The position numbers were made by a program, and so were the translations under genes. The notes beneath the pieces are model-generated. The model was given only the letters and a program-made list of their open reading frames with translations, ran no database searches and was not told the origin of the DNA. From Catajapyx aquilonaris (taxonomy: Eukaryota), in NCBI GenBank assembly GCA_000934665.2, contig JYFJ02003522.1, positions 1 to 40,570 on the forward strand: 40,570 bases of DNA, given 5' to 3'. This document shows, one piece after another, positions 9,300 to 21,500 of this stretch. Position 1 is the first letter of the stretch, and each line of letters opens with the position of its first letter.

Positions 9300-12200
9300 A
9301 TCATACAGTACTTTATTTTGTACAAAATTCTATTATAAAATACTTCCATCAGAATCGTAATGGCAATCATAATAAATAGAAATTACAATTTTCAATGACA
9401 TGTATTCTCCTGTCAGAAACGTTTCTCTTTTCTTCTTTTTTTTAAATAGGTGATACTGTACCCACTGTAACTTGAAAACTAAACTAGGGTTGCAGGGCCA
9501 CTATTTTCTTGTGTGTTCTTTTCTTCCTTCTCTCTCCACTTCTCTTCTTTGCTGTCGCCTTCATCCCATTGTTCTCACTTTGGTACAACTCATGTCATCT
9601 TCTTTTTCTCCCCACTGTTCTTCCAGCCACATTTCTGCCCCAAAAAGTATGCAAGTGTGGTTTATGTACGTGTGTGTGAATGTGAGGCAAAAAACAGCAA
9701 CCAAAAAACAAACTTGACTTGCACCCTTCTGTTTTGTTACACAGAGGCATTCAGGCAAAATGTCCATTTTTTGGCATGGAGTTATCAGAGTACTCATGGA
9801 CAGAAGGCAAGTGCCATCAGATATTGAGTTCAGCAGTACCCATACATTGCTGTGAAAAATGACTAACATTTTAAAACATTTTTGTAATGTTTTTATTGAC
9901 TGAAAACAACAATTGCAATGGCTTAATGCAATGCTTTTCAAGAAGTTGCACTTATATTTTATTTTTTTTAAATATCAGCCTTGAAATAATAATCTTTAAA
10001 CAGGATTCCAAAAATTTACATGTAAGTGTAGCAGAATTTCTATGACATATGATGGACATTTGCTTAATATTTTAGTTTTTTTTGACGTGGAGTGATTCTG
10101 CTACAGACAGATCTCAACATGTCAGTTGGGCTGTGACATCTTCATAGATAAGAATATTCAGTACGTAGCAAATGAGAAGGTAAATTTCTGGCTATAATGG
10201 CTCTGGCAGTGACACAAACCCTGGTCCACATATGACATGATAACTAGTGATTTACTCAAACAATTTTTAGCTACAGACGGAATGCTTCTCTTTGAAAATT
10301 TTGCAGCCCAGCTGAAATGGAGAAACCTATCTAGAGTGGAATCACTACATTCCACAGTTTGTTAAAGTACTAAACAGGTGTATATTATCAACAACATAAA
10401 TGCGTTGAAGTGTAAATGCCATAAGAAAACAATATCAAGTTTGACAACTTTCATCATAATCTAGCAGAATATAAATGCAACTTTTTGAAAGCTACATCAT
10501 GACGCTATTGTGATTGCTGTTTTCTCAATAAGAATAAAACCATTGGAAAAACAAATACAATGAGTTGTAGTTATGTTTCACAGAACTGTACAGTACTGGC
10601 GGGGTTTGTGGTGAGTGCCGTCTCCAGATGATGACCTTGGTTTCTTGGAGCACTCATGTGCAAGCATACTCTGTAACCTCATGCCTGACCTGACCCTCAT
10701 GGCAAGAACACGGGAAGACCAATACAACGTGGATGGATGCATTTTTTTTCCTGTTTTATCCCCCTTTTCACTACACTTGTGAAAAAATTGTCTTGCCATT
10801 CGTATCCGGAACAGAAAAAATATGAAACAAAAGTAAAAGCGGCGAACGTGTCTCTACACACACATGACGCACGCACTTGTCGTTCCCGCCACGTGACTGT
10901 CTCTGGATGCACGCTTCCACAAAACGAATACACGACTATGACCTTTGGACACAAATGAGTAATGGAAAAAAAATAACACCCAGCATTGTTACAGTACAGG
11001 CAAATACACACCCACTCTGGGCAAGTGGGATAGGAAGGAAATTGGGTTAGGTCATGTGTAGGGGAGGGCGAGGAAGGGACTATGTGGTTGACCACGTTAC
11101 AAATAAATACTATGTACAGTGTCCTTTATAGGTTTCTTCATACATTTCTTTTTTTACTTCAGCTCTTTTTTTTTAATGTAAGGGTCCATTTCTTAAGAGA
11201 GGAGGAGTTAGATAAGTGTGCAGTGTAGGAATGTTTCCTTCTCAACTGTTTCTAGGAAGGGCATGGGAAGAGTTGAAAGTAATAAAACAAAATTATACCT
11301 TTGTGTGTTCACAAGGCACCAAAAACACAAGCGTACACACAAAATTAGCCGACATGAGTGGATGCATCCATCTTCGCAATTTTTATGATTCTACTAAATT
11401 TGATATAAGCTTGGCTTATTTTAACATGTGATGTATCCAATTGAAGGCACCATGCATTGCGATGGAAGCAGCATCTGACATGTCACAATTTGATGTGCAC
11501 TTTTTCTTCTGAGGTTATCGGATAGTTGGGGGGAGGAAAAGGACAAGATAAATGGACACAAAACACTGCCACAAAACCGTCATCCTCCTCCTCCTCGTCA
11601 CAGAACAAATGACAGACAGGCTCTATTGCCTTACTCTTTTATCCATCTCACCAACCACAACGCATGTATGGCACTTGTTAATTACACAACATATGTCCAA
11701 AAAACTGGCAGCAACGGATAGGAAACAGCAAAGACGAGTGTCGACCAATCAGAACAAGGAATTTTTTCCAGCAAGTATCCAAGTTACAAACATATACGTA
11801 CGTATAGGTATGTCCATCCACATCATTAGAGCAATCGGATTCACCTTTATAAACAATAAATTGTTCTTGTGTGTTGTACAATAGTTAAAAATGAAAAGTA
11901 GAATCAATAAAAAAAAATCCCAAGATGTCCATCCATCTTGTAAAAATGTGTTAACATACATAAACAATGCATGCAAGTGGATTCAGTGCTTGAGGAAATT
12001 TGCAGTCTTAATGGATTAAAATCATAATAACTTATATCATGTAAGCAGAACAAAATGTGTGGTCGAAAAATGAGCGCACTGTGGGGGGAGGGGGGAGGTG
12101 TTTCTCTCTTCAACGTTTTCAGCTAACGTCCCTCATCCATATTGTGTGGAACTTGTCCATCCTTCCCTTTGACTTAAATGCTTGTATTATAGAGAAAGTT

Positions 12201-13495
12201 TTATTTCTTCTTTTTTCTTTACGTTAAACATGGACAATGGCCTGTGACTAAGGCCGGAAACAACGAATCAACATACGTGATTTATTTTTTTAAAAGTTTG
12301 CTACTGTGCTCAGGTGTAAGGCACATTTTCACTTTCATCGCTCTTACAAAAATGCTGTCTTTTTCCCATGAGATGAAAAAAATGAATGAGTTAAACGGTT
12401 GTGCATTTTTTTTCCTGTATCGGTATAGTGGCTGTGCGACTCTTTGCTCACATTGTGGTCACTAATTAGGTTTAAACTGCCAGCACAACTGTGATGTCAG
12501 CGAGGCAAGAGCATGTAGCAATTTTTTTCTCTCTGTGGATTCCAGTTTTTCTTTTTTAAAATTCCCATACAAGTACCACAAATAAAAATTCAGCCCACTG
12601 TGATAACTGCATGGTTACACGTACTTGATTACTGCTTACATCATTGTTACTACTTTCCACCCCCCACACTTGGCAGTATTTCTTCGGGGGCAAGAAGAGG
12701 CTTGTGTGTGTGTGTGTAATGTGTGATTTTTTTTTTTTTGGAAATATTCTTCCCATTTTTGACTTCTTGAGAAATATTAGGCATCAACGTTACAACCTCC
12801 CCGTCTAATGCAAGTATTAAACCTACCGAGTTTTTATCACATGTCAAGTCTTGTGTTCTTTGTACAGGACACGAAAACCAAGCTAAGACGTTATACACAA
12901 CAGTGGAGGATCAGTGGCACCAAGTTGACTTAGAAGTGAAAAAACATAAATGCAAATAAAAAATTTAACAAAAAGCCAACCGCTAGCATCATCACGCATT
13001 GTGCACCATTTTATGTGCTTAAACCATTTGTGCAACTTTTCATGTGCTTTCAAAAATCAAAAGCCAATAACAACTAAAAGATGATTTTTTAAAGTCATAC
13101 TTTTTTTGATGATAAATATCCAGTCAACTTGTCAACCACGACCCATATAGAAGTTCACCCCTCTTTGCTGCAAAGAGAGGTGAGAGTCTATGTCTCTGGG
13201 AAGATTATTTGTTTCCAATCAGTCATTCAGTGCTAGTGATTTTTGATTGGAAAGCTCATATACATTGCTATAAAAAAAATTTCAACCCCCACTTTTAACA
13301 CCGACTCCCATGTCCAGATTTACAGTTCCAAAAACATTACTCCCAAAAAATAATAATGCTGATAAATGTTCAATTTACCAACGCCCGAAGTGTGAAATCT
13401 TCCCAGAGACGCTTCAAATATCGATACAATCACCACAGTCAAATAATTTACAATATAATACAGGGCAGGTGCATATGACTTAGGCAAAGTAAGTT
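9300..13495 (-). other. Probable long 3' UTR of the ephrin gene
   Basis: AT-rich non-coding sequence after the stop codon. Contains miR-124 seed matches (11313, 11444, 12317), a miR-34 8mer (10204-10211), a Pumilio element TGTACATA (11111-11118) and a K-box TGTGATA (12835-12841). Confidence 0.5.
9312..9317 (-). terminator. Candidate distal poly(A) signal of the ephrin gene
   Basis: AATAAA on the - strand, preceded by TGTA and followed about 50 nt later by a U-rich tract (TTTGTTTTT). Alternative AATAAA hexamers lie at 9892, 12200 and 12281. Confidence 0.45.
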
Positions 13496-13656
13496 TTACC
13501 GCATTAGCAGGACTTCCGTGAGGAAGTGCAAGAGGAAAACCATGGATAAGGAAATCAGAACTAATCTGTGAACCGGATGGTTAGACACTCTCAGAGCTGA
13601 GTTGTAGGTGAGTTCCTCATTCTTCAGCACCTCGTTCGGGTGCTTCTCGAACTCTT
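13496..13656 (-). CDS. Ephrin: Ephrin last coding exon (GPI-signal-like C-terminus)
   Basis: ttccag acceptor. Encodes (K)EFEKHPNEVLKNEELTYNSALRVSNHPVHRLVLISLSMVFLLHFLTEVLLMR*. 161 bp, and the phase matches the upstream exon. Confidence 0.85.
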
Positions 13657-13825
13657 CTGGAACAAAGGGCCAAGCATTACACAACAGTCACGAAGCTCTT
13701 ATCAGTATCACTACAAAAGTACGTTGTGCTTCAAATCATCACCATGCAAACCATGCTAACAACCTCACGTATCATACAGTCAGGATCACTTTTAATGTAT
13801 TGGCCGAGTGTCACGAGCGACTCAC

Positions 13826-14023
13826 TTGATTTCTTAGTGGTGGCTTTAACATTGAAGCTTGGCACATCAAATTCCTTGTAGGATGTGACGCGTGAGGTGG
13901 TTGACGATGGCCGTGGTGTCGACGTCGTGGTGGTGGTGCTGCTGGTGGTAGTGGTGGTGGTGCTGGTGGTGGACCTTATTGTCACAGGCATCAGGGCCGG
14001 GTGCTGGTTGGACACAGTCACAG
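13826..14023 (-). CDS. Ephrin: Ephrin exon, Ser/Thr-rich stalk
   Basis: Polypyrimidine tract plus ctcag acceptor and GTGAG donor. 198 bp, phase 1 to 1. Encodes (T)VTVSNQHP...STTTTTTSSTTTTTSTPRP...ATTKKS. Confidence 0.85.
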
Positions 14024-14915
14024 CTGAGGAGAAGAGAGCAGGGGTTTCAGACAATCAGCAGTATCGCAGCTTAGCAAAAAAGCCACATCTGCACAATACA
14101 GATGCGGCTTTTTTGCTGAGCAAGGGGCCACCTCACTGAGATGGTGAGTTATTCGGTGTAAATCAGAGTGCATGCTGGTGTTAATGGGATTCGGCGTGGT
14201 TGCGAATCAGGGAGAAATGCAATAAGGGTGAGTGGATATGTCTAGTAGTCAGAGGAAGGGTCGTGGCTCTCACTCTGGGTGGCCAGATTAATCATCAACC
14301 CCCCCAATTGATGGTTCGGTCCAGGCGCTCGTTTTATCTCAAGGCCCAGGAAGAAGAAGGCTCTGACCTCCTGAACCTTCGAGACATTAGTTCAGCAAAA
14401 TCGCGAACCAGAAACACACGTGCCCTCCTCTGCAACCAGCACACATGTCAAGATGTCAGGCAACACAAGTGGCGTGTGACAAGCCGAATTTTCTCATCAG
14501 AACTATCAACCAGGGTCCAATTACCACGTCGCAGCTTCCTCCAGGGTGGGATAAGACTATCGACACAAGCTATGCACAGTGTAATTCGCCAAATTGCAGT
14601 TAATCACTCGGTGCTGACAGCAGGTAATAATAGGTGAAGCCTTATCCTGCCTCTCTCCCCCCCACCTCTCCTTTTGTCTCAAGCTGAATTCCTCAACCCT
14701 CTTGGACCATCATCCCCCCCTAGAAAAGTTTGATAAGAGCCCCAGCATGGGCGTCAAAGTGTGAAAAGAAGCCAGTGGTTACCATTTCCGCACCCACTAT
14801 TCACACACAGGAGTGATGGAGGATGGTGTCAACTCATGAATGACTAATGGTATCGCTTTTTGGTTGGGGGTTGGTTTGTGATGGAGGGTAATGAAGAAAA
14901 GAGTGCGTAACTTAC

Positions 14916-15026
14916 TCTTGTTGAGCATGTCCTCAGGGCGGCAGCACACCTTGAACACCACCTTCATGTTGTGGGTGGAGCAGCGGCCGCCAACCCGTCG
15001 GTGGAGGTCATCCTTGGATGACGTTG
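14916..15026 (-). CDS. Ephrin: Ephrin exon, end of receptor-binding domain (not in ORF track)
   Basis: cttcag acceptor and GTAAG donor. 111 bp. Encodes (S)TSSKDDLHRRVGGRCSTHNMKVVFKVCCRPEDMLNK. Confidence 0.95.
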
Positions 15027-15335
15027 CTGAAGATGCGACAGATCATATATCAACACGATCCAATTGTTAATCCTAATGTTAACTTCAAAAAACATTGTTT
15101 GCTGACTGTCCTTAACAAACATGAACTATCAGAAACAAACCATCATGTGTGTGTCCTAAGCAATGGTAACATTCAAAGAATTCATGACATACACAGTTCT
15201 CATAAAATTTACGATCATTTTTGTCAAACCCCATGACAGTCCTAGACACTGGCATTTCCCTCTGTCTCGAAACCTGTCGGATCAAAAGGGACCGCATTGT
15301 CGCCCTTGGTATTTCCCACATTGTCAAAAACTCAC

Positions 15336-15504
15336 AGATGAAGTAGTAGTCCTGTCCCGGCCGGAACTCGAGTCCTCCAGGCTGGGGAGTGAAGGACCTG
15401 AAGGTGATGGTGAAGTACATCAGCTTGTACGGCTTGTCGCAAATGGCGATGATCTTCGGGTTTGGGTTGGTGATGCGACACGTGTCGTATTCCTCTTTGG
15501 ACAC
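15336..15504 (-). CDS. Ephrin: Ephrin exon, core receptor-binding domain with G-H loop
   Basis: cggcag acceptor and GTGAG donor. 169 bp. Encodes VSKEEYDTCRITNPNPKIIAICDKPYKLMYFTITFRSFTPQPGGLEFRPGQDYYFI. Confidence 0.97.
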
Positions 15505-18495
15505 CTGCCGGAAGAAGATCAAACGGCTGTCGGCAAAAATCCCACAAACAGAGAACAAGACAAACATGTACACTTCCGCTCGAATGATATCCACAATAAG
15601 ACATAAATCTTTGATGAAACGGCACCGGCTCTTTTTTTTAATAAAAAAACACTAGTGAAAGCCACAACACATATAGAGATGCCTGGAATAATTGGGCTAG
15701 AAATAGAAAGGCAGCCATTTTTAAAACCCGGTCGCAAACTGCGGGCATGGTGTCAAGAAGGAGCGGTGGGTCGTAAAACCAAACATTTAAGACGAAACCA
15801 ACCGACGCCGGCGAATCTATCAAAGCGACGCCCACTTTGGGGATGACAGATAAAAAGCAAAGGGTGTTGGACACACACACACAGAAAAAAAAATAGAAAA
15901 GAAATTCCCATTCTTGCGAGGCGCAACAAAAAGGATGGTTCCCAGCTGCTGCAAATGTGACCCTTTTTTTCTCTAAAAATAATTCTATTTCTGCTCTCGA
16001 AAAAGTGCTTTTCAGCAAGGGAGGCCAGCTAGATCATGCTCGAGGTGAGTCAATCTATTTGACAAAAAAAAGTTTTTCTGGGAACCAAATTGTCAAAGTT
16101 GGATGATCAATCATGTGACACCCATTTCATTGATCAATCGAAAGTTTGTGAACCAAAAATGACGGGTTTAAAAATGGATAGTATCTGTTGGGGTAGCAAA
16201 CTATTTTGCATTTAACACAGTTGCACAAACTTCAGAAAACATTTTCTGAAACCGATAAGAGTGAATGGGGGCGTATGCAACAAATTCAGCGCTATCTGCT
16301 GACGGCAATAAATTAAATATATAAAAATATGTGAAACGCCTAATAAATAAAAATGCAAATGTAAAAGTACATACAAAACAAACAAACAAATTTTAAAATA
16401 CTTCAAGTCACCACAAACGCACGATTCTTCAGGAGCGGCATAGTGTTTCATACGCCCCATCAACTTTCCACCCTTCAATCCGTGCTAACTTGTCACATTG
16501 TTGGCATTGTCGACTCTTCCTCCGTCAAGCAGTGACTCAGCCCAGCTCATTTATTCAAGCACCAACGTTCTTTTTTTTGTTAGCCGGGGCCATTTTGGCG
16601 TGACGTCACCCGGTATTTTGGCCGGCGTCACAAAGGACGCGAACCAGAGGCCGCTATTTCGCTATATTTCAGCCGGGTCCTGGCGTCAATTAGTGTTCCC
16701 TTCCTTTTGTGCCCTGCTTTTACAGGCCACTTCATTCTCATCGTAATGCTTCCCGCCGGCCCCTTTATATAAATACACACACTCACACACTGGACTAAAT
16801 GATGATGATGATGACCTACTGATTCCACAAGTTGCATTTATTTCTTGCTTTCTCCGTCATAATTGTTGCTGGCACATTGTCACCAGTATATTTCATCGTT
16901 GTCCCAGTTGGCCTGGCACGCTTGCTTGTTATGGAGGAAGAGATGGCCTGTTTTCACAATTCCTGACATTGACTCTCTGTACTAGTGTTGGTGTACACGC
17001 TAAAAGTATTTCCTGGGGTACTTGTTTCAAAATGTCATTCCTAAATTAATTTTTTTATATTTATTTAATGAACAAGTTTCTGTTCAACTTTTCGTCGAGG
17101 GCAGAAACCAACCTTGCCCTAAGGCCCCAAAAATAGGGGCAGGTCATGTTAATTCCCGTCTCTTCGCAGGTTCTCGATGCGTCTCATTATCGGTAAGGTG
17201 TTTCCCTGGAGCGCAGTTAAGATAACCGGCCGTATCCTGGAGGATATTACAAACGTTCCCAGTTGCCATTTCTATTCCTACTCATTAGCCACGTGCTGGG
17301 TTCAAGACGAGATACGATGCTCAAGGTAGGGTCTGGCTTCGGCCTGGTTCTTATCTTCCCCCCAGCCCTTACTTGTACTGTCTCTTAATGCCCTTCATTC
17401 ATCTGGACCAAAGCTCCTTCCAAGAGTTCATTTCGCTATCTAAGCGCCCTTCTCCAACAATCCATTCCGATTTTATCCATCTCCTCACAAAAAAATATAT
17501 AATAAATCCGACCCTTACATGCGGGTACAAATTCTGTTGCCTACAGACAGGCTATACTAATGGTTGGAAAATGTGCTGCAAATTTAGCACTATATACAAT
17601 TTTATTGCATAATTTTATTAATATTTTATACAGGAGTTATAGGTCTTGACAGGGTACATTAAACTACAAGAAAATACTGGTGCTATCATATCTCACGAAA
17701 AGTGATTCTGCGCCTACGCCATATTTTTTTTGGGAGGTTGAACCCTTCACACCTTAAGCGCAAAAAAACTGGGTCCAACTAATTGCTAATTCTCGCATGT
17801 TGCCAAGACGCTATAAATAATGCGTCTGACACAGCTCGCAGACACACGGATGTCGCTTTCGCGGTTCACACCCGCACTTCTCAGCGGGAAGTACGTGGGT
17901 CAGAAAAAAAAGCGAGGAGAAGAAGAAGAACCGAACCCGACAACACCCTAACTCCTTAAGACACAAAAGAGATCCAACCAGGGGAAGACCAAAACACCAA
18001 TAGATTTTCTAGGCAAGTTTTTGTCGCATTCAAAAAAAAAAAAAAAACTCGAGCCTTCCGGGTATCCCTTTACATCTGTGTCCGTACATCACATTTTTTT
18101 GGCTCTCATCCCATCTAATTTCTACATAAGGACCACGCAACACATGGTGCAGTTTTCAGGAAGATTTAAAAGCTTTGAGAGACATCTGTTAACACCCGCT
18201 CTATTTTAAACAATCCTAACTCATCTCGTAATATTTCGACAAATATTACGAAAAATTGTTTCAGCTTTGTGTATAAGATGTTGCCTTTTTTTTTTAAAAA
18301 AAAAAGGAAATGTCCGGTTGCACTGAAATAATAATTCGTTATGTACTCAGTATACAGGTATAATTACCCTAATAACAGGCTACAGAATGGCGGAACACGA
18401 AGGGGGCATCACGATATATGCAACCGCCCCCTACACAAAACGGAAGCCCAATTTTTGTGAATGGCCTCGACTTGTGGCCCCGGGGCGAGTGCGCG

Positions 18496-18520
18496 TGCCG
18501 GACCGGGAGTCGAACCCGGT
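18496..18520 (-). other. tRNA T-arm / Pol III B-box-like element
   Basis: The - strand reads ACCGGG-TTCGACT-CCCGGT-CCGGCA, a 6-bp stem with a 7-nt TTCGACT loop. No full cloverleaf was found. Confidence 0.45.
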
Positions 18521-21500
18521 AGGAAAGTCTAGACGTCAAGCCAGACATGCAAAGGCGTCATAGTTAGAGGATCCTTGGCGGTAGGTTTAGTTACAAGCTT
18601 GCCCAGAAATAAGCCGTTATTTCCGAATCTTTCCTTGGCACATTTCCTACACAGGGCTTTGCAAAAATTGTAGTGCAAATTTTTGCGAATCTCAAATATA
18701 TTTTTTTTCTGCACTGGCCCGATGCCATAGCTAATAAACGAGCATGGTTGGAACAGACAAATTGGTAACGACAGCCGACCCATTTGGACAGTGTTTCATA
18801 CCCACCTAAAACGCGAAACTCTTGTTGGCTAACAGGTTATCTATCTTATTCTAATTTTCCCCTTCCTTGCCGCCCATCGCTTTATTTCTGCCAAGTTTAG
18901 CCTGCCCCTAACATATCACGGGTTGGTAGGTTCATACGAACCGACTATTTTTCTTCCAAGAAAATTTGCATTGTATGCAAACTACCGGTAACTCCCAGTA
19001 GTTTCCTTCAAAAATGGGAAGACGGCTCATGAATAATTTCACCTTTTAGGCCTTGTGTTATGAAATCTTAGGCGCCCCCAAACGCTAATTTGAGAGTTAA
19101 ATCAAGTTCCTGCCGCAGTTCCGGTTTGGACTAAAAATGGCGGCGGTCGTACCAAAGTGACCTACCCGCAATTTGGGCGCCAAATTTTTTGAACCTGGTT
19201 TTAACCCATTCTGAATGCTTTTGATTACAATACTGCGCCAAACTTTTGGCCTCCTTTATCTTCTTCCAGCACCGAAAATGAAGAATATTAGCCGGCAGAA
19301 AAATGCGGTAAAGAATGGATAAAAAAGAAGGCACGAAGTTTTTCTTCCCCCCCAATATCGCATAACGTTTTTCTTTTTTTCTTTTTAAAGAAAGAAAAAA
19401 GTTGGGATTAGAGCCAAAGTTTGAAGCCCCCTTCAGCAGCACCAGGTATGCAAATGCAGCTTTTGTTATGGCGATTTCTGCCTCGCTTTACAGCCAGGAG
19501 AAGAACTTGTTTCTTTGGCGTTTTCTTGAAAATATAAGAAGCTTCTGGAGGAGGAGGAGAACGATTCGGTTCCAACCTTCTCTCGTCATTGACAGCAGAT
19601 GTGGTTGAAACAAGACGACAGCCCTTAGAGAGTGTAAAAAAAACGAGTGTAAAAAAAAGCAGGGTAGCATAAATCTCCGTGCCTTACATTGGAAGCAGAA
19701 GAAGAAAAAAACGCCCCTCGAGGGATGTAAGCAAGAGGTAAATGCCAAACTCGTGAGCCTGAACCATGTTGGATACGCACTCAGGTTACAACCAAGAACA
19801 GAACACACAAAAAAAGTTTGGAAGCCAAAGGGCCTCAAAAAAACTGTATATTACATTTTATGGGAAAACATGTAAAACAATGTCTAGACTTCACTTTCTA
19901 TTTTCAGATCGATGGAAAATATACTGCTGCACATTGTCACTAAATATAAAATGCAATTAAAATGCACATAATATTCATAAAGCCTACCGCAGGAAAAATT
20001 GCATACAATTAGAATTAGGTGCATATTTTTACGCGCTTTAAATTTCCAGCCAATTCCTTAAAGCCCTTAGTCGCTTCGATAATCCTAGCTCCAGCTCCAT
20101 GGTATTTGTGACAGCTAGAGGTTAATTCATGCCAGAAAATCCTCTTGCTGGAAAGCCACTTGCTCCAATATAGTCCCTTACTCCTTTTAATAGTCGCCCT
20201 CCCCACATTTTCCGCTCGACTGAAAACCATAAGAAGAATCGATTCTGGTCCGTCAGACGACTAACTATTAGCCCCTTAGAAAAAGCTTATGCCTCTCGGA
20301 CCAATTTCAGCACCACTATAGAACTGGCTTAACTCCAGAGCTCCAGTTATTAGTTTCGCCGCCACACTTTTTGAGGCAAAGATTAACCGGCTATTTTGTT
20401 CTATAGCCCCTCCCTGGCCCCCCCGAATAAATGCGACATTGAGTAAGGAGACACTGTTGGAGAATGTATCGTGACATTGCTGTTCCGGTGTGATAGGATT
20501 CTCAAAAAGGGTCGCTTTCAAAGCTTTGGAGATGGGAAAAATCGGGCTTGAGAAACGTGACTAGCTTCTAACTGCAAAGCACTACAGCAGTGCAAAACAC
20601 TTTTCATTTTAGAAGGACCCGGTGCTAGAGAACACCCCTCACAGAAAAAAAAACTTGAAAGAAAAGAGGAAAGAGTTAAGACCTTGGCCCGTTTCTCATC
20701 CATCAGTATTTTTCAGCAGGATGAGTCGGAGCCAACTTTTGGGGCCGAGAGCACGAAACGGAAACTACAAACGATGTATGAATGTTAATTTTCAAGCCGC
20801 TTCTTTTCTTTTTCTATGCTTAACACAAAGGAGGAAGATATTCCAGGCTGGTTGGCACGAAGTTTTCCCCCCGAAATCAACATTTCCAATTAGGACACTT
20901 ACTGGAATATTATTCGGACATGGGGCAGTCCGCGACCAAACTTTTGCGATTATGATTTCCATAATCTGATGTGTTTGCATGCAGGAGACATTTTCGAAAG
21001 ATTCTTTTTCCCTAGAAGAAAAGTTTTAAGAAGTCAGTGTCAGAATTAGAGATTCAGCGACCGGGCGATGAACCATTCAGATGCAGTTTTTTTTCTCTCT
21101 CTCGCAAGCTGAAAATTTTCAGCAGATACATTGTCAGCTTTTGTCTCCAGGCCTCAGAAATTCTTCGGCATATCAAAAGCGTCTCGCCCAAAAAACCTCT
21201 ACAAGATAAGCCTGGCCATTCCCCCGCTGTTTGCCGACACTCGTTCTAATACTGCAATAACTCCAGAGCAGAAAACGAGCTGGGGTTCTATGGAGAAAAA
21301 AAGGAGAGAGCTGGCGTTCTAGCACAGACTATAACTGAAAGTGTAAAGCATCAAGCCCCCTCCTTTTGAATATCCTCAAGCATCGCCCTTCAAACTCATC
21401 GACGATGCAGCACCGTTGCGAACGGCCCATATTGATAACTGGAGCTGAAAGGGATATGAGATTTCTCCACCTCTTCTACCCACCCTTCCTCCCCATCTTG

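Noticed and set aside
13222..13240. Iron-responsive-element-like CAGTGC loop
   Set aside because: It is on the strand opposite the ephrin mRNA, and it lacks a proper 5-bp upper stem and bulged C.
13885..14139. Val-rich TM-like + strand ORF
   Set aside because: It is the antisense reading of the ephrin poly-Thr exon.
14200..14637. 145-aa + strand ORF, and the 147-aa ORF at 15163-15606
   Set aside because: No recognisable domain. One is intronic and the other is antisense to an ephrin exon.
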